DNA of 42,651 nt from Neophaeotheca triangularis (lineage: Eukaryota): contig BAAIJX010000011.1 of assembly GCA_054600435.1 (NCBI GenBank), forward strand, positions 558,001 to 600,651, given 5' to 3'. Position numbers and translations under genes: made by a program. The notes under the pieces are model-generated. The model worked only from the letters and a program-made list of their open reading frames with translations, was not told the DNA's origin and made no database searches. How positions within the stretch are numbered: position 1 is the first letter of the stretch; every line of letters starts with the position of its first letter. Shown in pieces: positions 31,545-42,650 of the stretch.

Positions 31545-32178
31545 GTCGGTAAAGATCGCCTAATGAGGGCACGCAATGTTTCAGAACTTTCGATTGGTAC
31601 TACAAAAACTGTGCTAGTAAGTGGACGATTTTCGCATTTTGATCGAGAAGCTTGCTTAATTTATTGACAGACTCGCCGGGATGTTTCCTCATTGCGAAAT
31701 TGCCGTTGTCAAGTTGATTCTCGGCTGTGGAGAGCTCGTTCACAGCGACTCATGCGAAGTCCGAAGCACCTCCCTGACGTCCCTGGCAAGCCTCTAGAGA
31801 CTTCGCGTGCTGCTCTTGGTGTGAAGTGAAGAACAATCGCTTGATGCCAAATCGACAGCTTATTGGTCAACAAGGATCCACGCTAGTTGAAGGCTGTTTT
31901 TCAGATATTTGGAAATGGCCGGGTACCGCTTTCTGAGAAAGTCGCCGGGATATTGTTGTCGCCAACTTTCGCCAGGAGGCGCTCGACTGCGTGTTGGAAA
32001 CTTCGCACGTCTGTCCAGGGCGAATACTGGGCAATATGGGTGAGGTATAGCCGTGTTGCATGACAGAAAACTCATAACGCGCCTGAATCTCAAAGGATTC
32101 CCATGAACGCCATATCCATCATCTTGCCCAAGCCAAACGCCATCGCTATGCATTCCAATATCCCTTCGTACAAGTTCT

Positions 32179-33572
32179 CTATTGCTCAGTCGCCAGCACC
32201 ATCTTCTCTCTCTCACTCCTTCTCTTCCTCTCCTGTTTCTTGGTGTGCTTCCTCTCGTTCTCCTCCCTCCTCTTGATAGACTTGATCTCCTCGCTCTTGA
32301 TCTCTCCGGCCTTCTTGACCTGCTTTGGTACCCTCCTGTGCCTTGAAATCCTCTTAACCTCAGGCATGTGCTTATACCGTTCCTTGAGAGCATCGTCGTA
32401 CTCAAGCTTCTGCCTTTGTCGACTGCTTTTGATGCCCGACCTATCGGAAGCGTTGGATCGCCACAATCGTACATTGCCATCGTCACTGCCGGAGAGAATG
32501 TATTGGTTGTCGGGCGTCCAGCAGCAGCTGAAAACACGTTGCATACGTTTGGTGTGGTAAATGTCCCGGCTGTGACCTTCATTGCGCTTCCAAAGCCTCA
32601 CGCTACGATCGTAGCTCGCCGAGACCAGCTCCTCTCCAGTCGGCGAGAATTCAATATCCATGACTGCTGCGACATGGTCTTTGAGAACGTTTGTCGCACG
32701 CGAGAGATTTCGCATATCGAACATGTAGATGTTGTGATCTTCGTTCGCAACCGCCAAGTTGAAGGCTTCCATCGGGTTCCAGGATATGGCGTTAGAAGAG
32801 AGGCTCAGAATCGAGCGATGGAGAGGCGAAGAGGTGCGTAGGTCGTAGAGCACCAGACTACGGTCCGTTGCTGTGGAGGCGAGGATAGAAGTCTCGGTCT
32901 GGTTGAGCGATACCGAGGTCACAGTATCTATGCTTGTCGGCCAAGATAGAGTCTGCGTTGGTGTCGAGGAGGGTCGGTTGAGGTCGTAAATGGAGATGGC
33001 CGAGGAAGAGACCGCAAACGATGGCTCTGTCCTGTGCCTGGTGATACCGGTGAAAGAATTTTGTCCTAGCCATGTCGCCGCTGGGGTGGAGTTGTTCTGG
33101 CTGTTGTAGGGATCGAACAGTTTGACCGTTTTATCGCTCCCGCAAGATAGCAGTCTCTGATCCTGGGTCCAACACATACCCTTGACGAGATTCTCGTGTG
33201 CTTGCGTCTGCCATATCTCATCTCTGCTTGGTAGATCCCAGACTTTCAACACACCGTCACCACTGCCGCTCGCAAACCTGTCCAATGCTTTCGGATCCTT
33301 GGCGAAGTTGTACACTCCGTCCACATGACCACGACCAAGCTGAGCAACAAAGGGCGCCGCGAACATACGCTCTAACTTGGTCGCATTCAGCGCCCTTGTA
33401 TATTCGCGCGCTCGTTCGAATGGGTGGAGTGCTGGGTCGAGATTGCGCGGTTGACGAGCGACATCGCTGCCGGGCGCCTGAGCGCTGTTAGAGGAGCGTG
33501 AAAGCGCTTTGACTTTCTAGAAGCAGTATCAGCGGAGGAAAGCTTGCAGTGTCGGGTTGTGAAACGTACCAT
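32179..33572 (-). CDS. SOF1: Sof1/DCAF13 WD40 U3 snoRNP/SSU-processome protein. Exons 33572-33570 (ATG only), 33516-32179
   Basis: MKVKALSRS...RNLDPALHPFERAREYTRALNATKLERMFA, WD repeats, SRDIYHTKRMQRVF and the Sof1 C-terminus HMPEVKRISRHR. Intron GTACGT..CTGAT..TAG. Confidence 0.95.
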
Positions 33573-33878
33573 GGTTGCTCAAGGCATTGTTGCCGCAAGT
33601 CGAGGGCGAGAGGGAACTTTTTTGAAGTCGAGATGGAGTTTGGCGGCGTTAGCGGCTGCATGGTGATCGGCAAACCTTCCTTCCCTGACTACTGCCCAAG
33701 CTTGACGTTCACTACAACCTGAGCATCTAGAGCTGTCGCGATGCCAGTGAAACATTAACAATCTCCCAACAACATCATCTGACAACCTGTCAAGTTCACC
33801 CTTCGAGACCTTTAATATACGAACGCGTACCACCTCACTGGAATCGGTTCTTGATTACAAAACAGAGATAGCGTCAAG
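33573..33878. promoter_or_regulatory. Compact bidirectional promoter region shared by SOF1 and RPN6
   Basis: 306 bp separate the two divergent start codons. Confidence 0.55.
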
Positions 33879-35212
33879 ATGGCGGCAGAAGACAACGTCA
33901 AACGGCTGGAGGAGGCGAAGAAGCTGTCCAAGGAGCAACCGGCAAAGGCTGAGCAAATCTACAAGGACATCCTGTCAAAGCCTCCGGGAAGCAGTGATAA
34001 GTCGTCGCGGGAATTTGAACAGGCATTGTTGGGTGTCGGCGAGCTGTACCGGGATCACAAGAGAGCACAGGACCTGGCAGACCTCATCCAACAGACTCGC
34101 GATGTGCTCACAAGTTTCGCAAGGGCGAAGACATCCAAACTCAGTGAGTAGAGCCATCGCTTGCTATCTGAGCACCGTTTGGCAACGAACGCTAACAATG
34201 ATCAGTCCGCCAGCTCCTCGACCTCTTTGCCCCGATACCAAACACCCTGGAGACACAGATGAGCGTCACGAAATCATGCATAGACTGGGCCGTTTCTCAA
34301 AGACAAGGATTCCTCCGACAGAACCTCGAGGTACGCCTCGTTGGTCTGTACATGCAAAAGCAGTCCTACTACGACGCCCTCACCCTCATCAACTCTCTTC
34401 TCAAAGAGCTCAAGCGTCTCGATGATAAGCTTGTGCTCGTCGAAGTTCAGCTCCTTGAGAGCAGAGTCTACCACGCTCTCGGCAATGTCCCTAAAGGACG
34501 TGCCGCTCTCACAGCCGCCCGCACATCCGCTGCCAGCGTCTACTGTCCGCCACTCCTCCAAGCCGGCCTGGACATGCAATCCGGCCAGCTGCACGCCGAG
34601 GACTCCGATTTCAACACCGCGTTCTCCTATTTCATCGAAGCCATGGAAGGCTACCACGGCCAAGACGACGGCAAAAAAGCTACCTCCGCTCTCCAGTACA
34701 TGCTGCTGTGCAAAGTGATGCTAAATCTCTCCGACGACGTCAACCAACTCATGACCTCCAAGCACGCTCTCAAATACGCCGGCAAGAACCTAGACGCCAT
34801 GAAAGCGGTAGCGCGCGCGCACTCAAACCGCAGCTTGGAAGAATACGAGCAAGCCCTCCACGCCTACAGGTACGAGCTCGGCAGTGACCGTTTCATTGCC
34901 TCTCACCTACGAAGACTCTACGACAGCATGCTGGAGCAGAACCTCATCAAGGTCATCGAGCCTTTCAGCCGGGTAGAAATCAGCCACATCGCCGAGATGG
35001 TGGGCTTGGACGTGCAGCAGGTGGAGAGGAAGCTCAGCCAGATGATCTTGGATCGCGTTATCATCGGCGTGTTGGACCAGGGTGCTGGTGTGCTGGTATT
35101 GTTTGAAGAGACGGAGCCGGACAAGGGGTACAATGCTGCGCTCGGGACAATCGACAAGTTGAACAATGTGGTGGACTCGCTGTACTCAAACCAAGCCAGT
35201 TTGCTGGAGTAG
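33879..35212 (+). CDS. RPN6: 26S proteasome lid subunit Rpn6 (PCI domain). Exons 33879-34143, 34206-35212
   Basis: FARAKTSKL|IRQLLD, LLKELKRLDDKLVLVEVQLLES, ALTAARTSAASVYCPP, LEQNLIKVIEPFSRVEISHIA and VERKLSQMILD. Intron GTGAGT..GCTAAC..CAG. Confidence 0.96.
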
Positions 35213-36649
35213 GGGGCAGTACATCGGCGAGTGGAGATGCGATGCTGCTCCAGAGCAGAGGTGGTGAATGCCGGCTATGATGCGCTGTAACAATAGCATA
35301 GACGAAATCATCCGATACCAGTCGAGCAGTTTGCTGCCATAATCCGTCTTTCCAGATGTTGTCATCTCAAGTTGTAAGTCGATATCTCGGCCAGTCTACC
35401 GATCAACACCTGCAACAATCCTCTAGCGAGGCGCACAAGCATGCATCAGCCTCCTCCGACGTACGAGCAAACTTGACCAACGTCGTCCGGATGCTAGAAC
35501 CCATTCATTTGGCAATGGGAAAACCGTCTGTCGGCGCTAGCTAAGGGACGGCTTCTGACACCTCGGCGAGCGGCGAGCCTGAATTCCACAGGAGGGACCC
35601 GCATTGCAAGCCCGAGGCCACCACTTCACTGGCTTCCAGAGGAGGCCGCAAGTACCTGAAAGCCCTATTGGCTCGCCCGGATACGAATATCCATCCAGTC
35701 CTTAGTGCCTGATCGATGAAAGCCAATGAAAGGCAAAGAATTTAACGCTAGTAAATTGAAAGGACGTATGTGTGCCATCCCGGCCCTCAGCGAGCTCATA
35801 AATGTCAGCGGAGTCTTCAACGGCGAAGGGAAAGCAACGCTTGGCTGGCTTGCACCGGGACCGCTGTTGATTATCATAACAGCATTTCCTGCCTGGATAA
35901 AGAATTTTGTGTCAAATGTTTGCGCGACTGGCACGGTGGAGGAAATGGAGAATCTACAATAGAAGCGTCAGGATCGTGCAGCGCTCCAAAAGCGCTACGG
36001 ACGACATGACGGTTACGTTGTTGACTCTCAGCACGGCAGCGAGCGTTAACCAACCTTGGAAGGGAGCCTCAGAAGTTTTCTCAAGTTAGCCTTGAGCTGA
36101 GAATGAAAATGGCAGGCAAAATCTGAACATTGCGAGACTCTTTGTGTCGTCATCTTGGGTGAGGTGAAAGATGTAGGCTACTTGGGTCACAGCCTCGGCT
36201 GAATTGAAGTTGCGGGAGCCTCTTCTGTTCTCTCTCCACGGCGCATGGAGTATGCAAACCAGGAGGTATTTTTCCCGAAGCGCAGTAGTCATACATCGAC
36301 TGCGCGCCATGGAACGGGGAAGTCTCGAAGTATGGATCGTGTCGATCAGGAACGGCTGCTGTACAATAGGCGGCACAGCCAGATAATAGGTCGGCTCTGA
36401 TGATCGACATTTCCAACTGCATAATAATATTGTATGAAGGTGCAACATCTGCATTAGGCGCGAGGGGATTTGTCTTGTCCATGTTGTTGCCGATCATCAA
36501 TCGTCTAGGTTCCGAACTTCCAGGCTGAGTTCAGGGGCGGACGAGGATGATCGACACTGCTGCTCCCAGATGTGCATTAGTGCAGATCTTTCTCCATCCC
36601 AAGCCGAGGCAAGCACGGACTCGGAGGACGCAATCTGAACCACACTTCG

Positions 36650-37240
36650 TCCTTGCAAGGAGCCCGGATTGTCGATGATCTCAATGCGGCGAGCGAACAA
36701 TGAACCGTATATGAGCACTTGCCCAGGAGCATGAGGACCACAGTCCGCAAATAATTGGCATTGCATCTTGGCGTGGTTTCGTAGGAGCAGTCCGTCCCCT
36801 AGCTCAACGAAGCTCTCTTTGCTGCATACAAAGATCTGCGAGACGATGCCTTCAGATACTATTATGCCCATCCTCAGAGCCGGTATCCATCAAATAATCA
36901 AAACGCATCTCAAAGAACAGCAGTAGACAGCGTTACGGTATTTCAGGAGAAATGTCTCCGGAGCCAAGCAGTTAGAATGGACAGCCTACGCCTTGACCTA
37001 GATAAGCTGTCGGGAACATTGCACACGAATATGCAAACAAGCTTTGGGTTTGTTTGGGCAGTCTCCTCTCCACTGGAATCAAGGCCGATAACCGAGAGAT
37101 CGTCACTACAGACGGCATCAGTGGCTACCTTACGGGAAGTACTGAAGGCCTCCGACTTTACTACCCGTCAACATGGCGTCGATGGCGCTCATATTTGCGG
37201 TGCTGCAAAGGTGATCATCGAACCTATTCGACCACACTAG
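36650..37240 (+). pseudogene. Probable decayed gene of the fungal F-box-like 'LP.E.R...P.L...IR.EA..YY' type
   Basis: One frame reads ...ASEQ*TVYEHLPRSMRTTVRK*LALHLGVVS*EQSVP*LNEALFAAYKDLRDDAFRYYYAH... and continues into ORF 36977-37240. In-frame stops at 36701, 36752, 36782 and 36800. Family resemblance is by eye only. Confidence 0.35.
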
Positions 37241-37516
37241 TAAAAGGCTATGCGCGTCAGAAGAGCCGTCTCCATGTTTGTACCGCGAGTTGATCGGGAA
37301 ATATCCCCAAGCTAGCGAGAAGGTAAGATACAAATATCACGATCACCGCTGCCGTTGAGGCTGCTTCAATCAGCAATCAATCGCACTTCGACCCTGAAAA
37401 GTCCCGACTCCTTGAACGAACTTCGTCGTCCTTGAATCCACGCACCATCAACCACATTTGTTCATTCTTCGATCCCCTAACCCTTACCCTTCAACAAAAA
37501 GCTCTAATCAGCAATC

Positions 37517-38320
37517 ATGCGTACCTCCACCTTCATCGCTGTCCTGGCCTCCGCCGCCTACACCTCTGCCCTCGCCCTCCCGGTTGCCGCACCTCAAGAT
37601 GGCGGCCTTGCCTGCACCCTGGGTAACCTTCTCGGCATGAGCAGCGCAGAATGCAACAACGTGGGATCGGGCAACTCCGCGGGAAACGACAATGAGGCCG
37701 GTATGCATCAAATGAACAAGGTTTCTTTGGGCCCTCCCTGACACTTCAAATAGGCAACGACAACGGCCAAGCGAGCGCAGACGGCTCGGGCAATGGCAAT
37801 GGCAACGGTACCGTCCCCCCTGTTTAGGTCATCTCATGGGCACTTTCTAACACACACACCAGGCAACTCCGCCTCCGCCGACGGCAACAGCGCCGGCAAC
37901 GGCTCCGGATCCGGCAACACCGTGGGAGACATCGGCTCCCCGGACACGGGCGACATTGGCAGCGGCAACACCGGAAACTCAGGGGACATTGGCAGTGGAA
38001 ACACAGGCAATAGCGGAACCATTGGCCTAATCAACGGAGGAGTAAGTCCAACTATAGACCCAGTCATCAACCTGAAGTAAGCAGTCGACGCTTGCTAGTG
38101 AGTTGCGGGCACTTTCTCTCACTCCAACTGGCACGGCAAGGCTGACAAGCGTTCCAGCTCATTTGAAGACTTAGCGAAGGTGTTGAGCGAGGCTGGTAAG
38201 ATCTTACATCAGGCTGCTGAGGACGCTACTCCAGTGCCCGTGGAGATTATCAATGCTCTCGGGGAATTGTTGGAAACCGCCGGGCAGGCTGTACCGTCGC
38301 CGGGGGAGTCCTGCAGTTGA
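37517..38320 (+). CDS. Small secreted Gly/Asn/Ser-rich protein. Exons 37517-37700, 37754-37807, 37863-38076, 38158-38320
   Basis: Signal peptide MRTSTFIAVLASAAYTSALA-LP, a Cys pair, GNSAGN/GNGNG repeats and a (GDIGSGNTGNS)x2 repeat. Three GT..CTRAC..YAG introns keep the frame. The last exon encodes amphipathic SFEDLAKVLSEAGKILHQAA...SCS*. Confidence 0.75.
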
Positions 38321-38698
38321 CGATATTCGGGGAGGGATGGCGTAATTGAAGTAATACATACCCGATAAATTTTATCTGTTTCGCATCTTTGAAGATAAAA
38401 TGCAGTGCTCGCGTTCAAGGAGGTTCGCAATTTTCGTCAGCCCATTATTGATGCTCTCTCTTCAACTTGTGATTGGCCGTATCGGCGATGATTTCCGGGT
38501 TGAAAAGATGATAGCTGAGTTGCTGCCATCCTGTGGTAGTCGGATGGTCCTGGCTCACACAGTAGATAGGTGGAATCCTGTCTCCATAGGTGGCGTCGTA
38601 TACAAAGTAATAGTCTCGGTGCTCTTGTTCGTCGATGCGCCAACCGTACCTGGAGCAAGGTCGTTACAAGTGATCAACGCCAACGGAATGCAAGCCCC

Positions 38699-40319
38699 TC
38701 AGCTCTCCTCCATCTCACTAAGCCCACTCGATTCTTCATCCGCGCTCTCCTCCTTCACCTTCCTACCCTTGGCCCCTTTCTTTCGCGGGCTCCTCGCCTT
38801 CTTCTCTTCTTTCTCCTTCTTCCTCCCAATCTGCTCCTCCAATTTACTCCTCTGCGGCACCCCCTTCCTCCAAAGCTCAGCTTCCATCTGTTTAAAATGC
38901 TCATCACCGACATCCACTCCAACCAGGCCCTCCAACATTTTGATCTCCTTCGCCCAAATGCCCTTGTCCTCTTTAACCTTTCCCTTCTCGTCTTTGACCG
39001 GTACACCGTCTTCATCACTCACTTCGATGGGTGTCTCAAGCACAAGCGGCAACCCCGCGAAACGGGGCTCGTTGACAACGTTGTGGAAAGCCCGCAACCC
39101 CAGAAATCCTGTCCCGATATTCGCATGCAAGTCCCTGTGAGAGTCAAAGGGCGCTTTTGAATCGTTCAAATGCAGCGCCCGAAGGTATTTCATACCTACC
39201 ACATCGTCGAAACGCTGCAACGTCTTTTGGAAAGCTTCTGGGCTGCGTAAATCGTAGCCGCCGGCGAAAGCGTGGCAAGTATCTAAACAAACACCGACAC
39301 GGGACTTGTCCTCGATGTGAGAGATGATGTCGCGGAGGTCTTCAAACGTGCTTCCCAGGACGTTGCCGCCCGCTGCCATGTTTTCGAGAAGTGTGACGAC
39401 GCTGGAAGTCGCCTTGTGCGCGGCGTTGAGGTTGCTGGCGAGATGGGCGATCGCTTCGCTGCGGTCCTTGCTCACGGTGTTGCCTGGGTGGAAGTTGTAG
39501 AGTTTGATGCCTAGCCGCTCGCAGCGTTGCAGGTCGTCGAGGAAGGCGGTGTAGGCTTGGGTTGTGCGCTCCTTGTCTGTGTGGGCGAGATTCACGAGGT
39601 AGGAGCCGTGGGGCACTGTATGCTGGGTTTGGTCGTAGGAGTGGGATTTGCAGTTGTCGCGAAAAGCTGTACAGGCGTCTTCCGCAAGGGGTGGGTTGGC
39701 CCATTTACGTTGGGATTTGAGAAAAAGGGCGAAGGCGTTTGCGCCGATGTGCAGGGAGTTTGCCACTGCGTTTTGGACGCCTAATGGTTCTCTCAGCATG
39801 ACTGTAGGAAATAGTTGGGCTACTTAGAGCTATGGACTGACCTCCTGCACTACTGACATGTGCGCCAATAAACAGCTTGTGACCGACTGTACGTGCTGCC
39901 AATGGCATGTTGTCGGCCTCCTTCTCCTCTTTCGTTTTCCTCTTCTTCGGTGCTTTCTTCTCTGGCGCGCCTTCTACAGCTACCTCGTCTGGCTGTTCTT
40001 CTTTTGTCTGCTTTCGCTTGCGTGAATTCTTGACAGCCTCGCCCCGAGCAGGACTTTCCGCCTTTTCTTCGTCTGCACTTGACTTGTCTTCGCCCTGCTC
40101 CTTCACAGCTATCTTCTGAACCTGCTGGCCCCTCAAGGGCCTTGGTTTGCTTACAGGCGATCCTGGAGGGTCTTCCGGCCCCGGGACTTCTTTCCCAGTG
40201 ACAAGTTCCGCTTTTCTTTTCTTCTCCTTCAAGGAGTCGGGTGAACCATTCTCAGTCGGTCGGCCTCTAGGTGGTTTATCCTCAGTCTGGAGCTTTCGCT
40301 TGCTGCCCTTTGGTGGCAT
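38699..40319 (-). CDS. APN1: AP endonuclease, Endo IV/Apn1 family, with Lys-rich N- and C-terminal extensions. Exons 40319-39842, 39780-38699
   Basis: IGAHVSSAG|GVQNA, FALFLKSQRKW, PHGSYLVNL, YNFHPG, LLENMA, VCLDTCHAFAGGYD, HLNDSK, DLHANIGTG and VLETP. Intron GTCAGT..CTGAG..TAG. Confidence 0.95.
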
Positions 40320-41186
40320 TGGAGCTAGCGTACTACGCCGATGGGTCGCGGTTCTCTTGCAGCTCAAATCTGAGACTGTGGGAAAAACCCCAGGGTGCCA
40401 GCTGAGCGTTTCGAGACTGGTTCAGTCACCTATTAGAGACGACTTCCAAGATCGCAAAGATGCAGGGTGAAGATGGAGACCTCGCGCCCGAATGATCTCG
40501 AGCAAGCTGCCCGTAGTTCAAGTCGCGTTGATGACGCGCTGCGGACCCTTCCAAGGTTCAAGGTTCCTTATCTGCACGGGACGGTACGAGTACGGGACGG
40601 CTGGTTCTTATCTACTGCTACTCGCGCCACAGCATACAGTAGCTTACCTTATGCCTGAGAAGAGCCCCGTCCACGACTCGTCCCCAGTATCAAAGACACA
40701 ACAGGGCTTCCTCCACCACACTCAACGAGCCACTTGCTTATTGTGCCCATCAAACTTGATCTGCCGACTAACTGAGCCCTGTTAAAGAGCTGCAGTGATA
40801 CGCCCTGGAACAAGCCGTTCACCAGTAGCGACTCTTTTTTGAGACGGGCAAAGAGCATACCTTCCTTACTCCGTCCATTCGACGTGACTCCAGGCGTACC
40901 AGAACCCGCCCTCTTGACTATCGCAAAACTGCAGCCTGTCTAGAACAGTCCTAAACGAATCTAGAGATTTCAGAACCTACAAAACTTCCATCACTCGTCC
41001 TCGGCCCGATCACTTTCGATAGGTCCCAAGCAGTCAAGTGGACGATCCAACAGGGCCTCAGAAACCTCACAAACATTAAAGCGCGCCAAATCCCCTTCCA
41101 CCATAGGTCGTAAGCACAAAGGCCACCGCAACCAACAAAAGGGCCGCGGGTGGCAACCCAAAAACCGACCGAACCAGTCCTTCACA

Positions 41187-42260
41187 ATGGGCCAAGAAGA
41201 AAGCAGTCCCGTCGACGAATCGAGGACCCCTTCGACCCTAAACTCCCGTACCCTGGATGGCCTCGCCGACTTCATAAAAAACGGCAAAGCCCGCAAAATC
41301 TGCGTCATGACCGGCGCCGGAATTTCCACATCAGCAGGCATCCCAGACTTCCGCTCCCCAGACACAGGCCTCTACGCCAACCTCGCCCGCCTTAATCTCC
41401 CCTACGCTGAAGCCGTCTTCGACATCGACTACTTCCGCAAAAATCCAGAGCCTTTCTACGCCCTGGCGCAAGAGCTGTACCCGGGCAAATACAGACCAAC
41501 CATCACGCACTCTTTTATCAAATTGCTGCATGACAAGGGCCTGCTGCTCAAACTATTTACGCAAAATATCGACTGCCTGGAACGCGAAGCCGGCGTTCCG
41601 GACGACAAGATCATCGAAGCACATGGCTCGTTTGCGAGGCAGAAGTGCATCGAGTGCGGGCTGCCGTACCCCAAGGAGGACCTGATGAAGCATATTGAGG
41701 CCAAGAGCATTCCACACTGCTACTCTTGCAAAGGTCTCGTAAAACCTGAAATTGTCTTCTTCGGTGAAGCCTTACCCGCGGCCTTCTTCGCAAACCGCAT
41801 GCTGCCCGGACAAGCGGATTTGGTCATTGTCATGGGGACGTCGTTGACGGTGCAGCCTTTTGCCAGTTTGCCCAGTATGGCGGAAGAGGGGGCGCCGAGA
41901 CTGCTGATCAACCAGGAGAGAGTGGGGGGGATTGGGTCGAGGACGGATGATGTCTTGCTACTTGGGGACTGCGATGCGGGTGTGAGGAAGCTTGCGAAAG
42001 CTTGCGGATGGTTGGAAGAGCTGGAGGCGCTTTGGGCTTCGACTGCACCACAGGAGGCGCAGGAGCCGCCGGCCATAGAGGCCAAAACGAAGGACGAGGA
42101 GTTGGAGGATGAGGTTGAGAAGCTGACTCGAGACGTAGATGAGTCTTTAAAGCTGTCGCGAGAGCATCGGGGTGGTTTGAGCCATGTTTTCGTGTCGCAT
42201 GCACGGGACGAAGAGCCCGAGACTCCGCATCTTCACAAGAAGGGTGGTGAGAAGGAGTAA
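41187..42260 (+). CDS. HST2: NAD-dependent deacylase, class I sirtuin (Hst2/SIRT2-like)
   Basis: GAGISTSAGIPDFRSPDTGLY, FTQNIDCLE, EAHGSF, zinc Cys pairs CIEC and CYSC, KPEIVFFGE, GTSLTVQPFASL and LLGDCD. Confidence 0.93.
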   Translation: MGQEESSPVDESRTPSTLNSRTLDGLADFIKNGKARKICVMTGAGISTSAGIPDFRSPDTGLYANLARLNLPYAEAVFDIDYFRKNPEPFYALAQELYPGKYRPTITHSFIKLLHDKGLLLKLFTQNIDCLEREAGVPDDKIIEAHGSFARQKCIECGLPYPKEDLMKHIEAKSIPHCYSCKGLVKPEIVFFGEALPAAFFANRMLPGQADLVIVMGTSLTVQPFASLPSMAEEGAPRLLINQERVGGIGSRTDDVLLLGDCDAGVRKLAKACGWLEELEALWASTAPQEAQEPPAIEAKTKDEELEDEVEKLTRDVDESLKLSREHRGGLSHVFVSHARDEEPETPHLHKKGGEKE

Positions 42261-42591
42261 ATGACGTCCTTCTGATGGGAGTAATGAGATACGACGAGAC
42301 CCGGGAAGACACGCCTAGTTTTCACAGATATTACGGAGTAACATAACGACCGTCCACAACATAGGACATGACCACAAGACAAGGTATGAATACTGCCAGA
42401 CTGGAATCCCTCGAACGGGGAACAGCGGCACTGTAAAAACAGCAGATCGATATACTCTAGCGTACGTATAAAATCAACAAAGCACGAATCAACGCAAACC
42501 CCCCCCCAAAAAAAAGCACCCCCACTTTTGGCAGTCTAATCCACTTTAAAGCACCGCACACACCTTGTCTCCCAACAGCCTAAACATCGGC

Positions 42592-42602
42592 GCGGGGGCG
42601 GG

Positions 42603-42637
<35 letters not shown>

Positions 42638-42650
42638 GGGTGGCGGGGGG
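42592..42650 (+). repeat. Poly-G / G-rich tract at the window end
   Basis: A pure run of >30 G flanked by GGGGC/GGGT units at the terminus. Confidence 0.8.

Noticed and set aside
33655..33675. GGTGATCGGCAAA as a possible Rpn4/PACE site upstream of RPN6
   Set aside because: Does not match GGTGGCAAA without a 4-nt insertion.
35356..36500. Scattered ORFs and one intron-like minus-strand segment (~36017-35954) downstream of RPN6
   Set aside because: Could not assemble an open spliced frame with a start codon or family motif.
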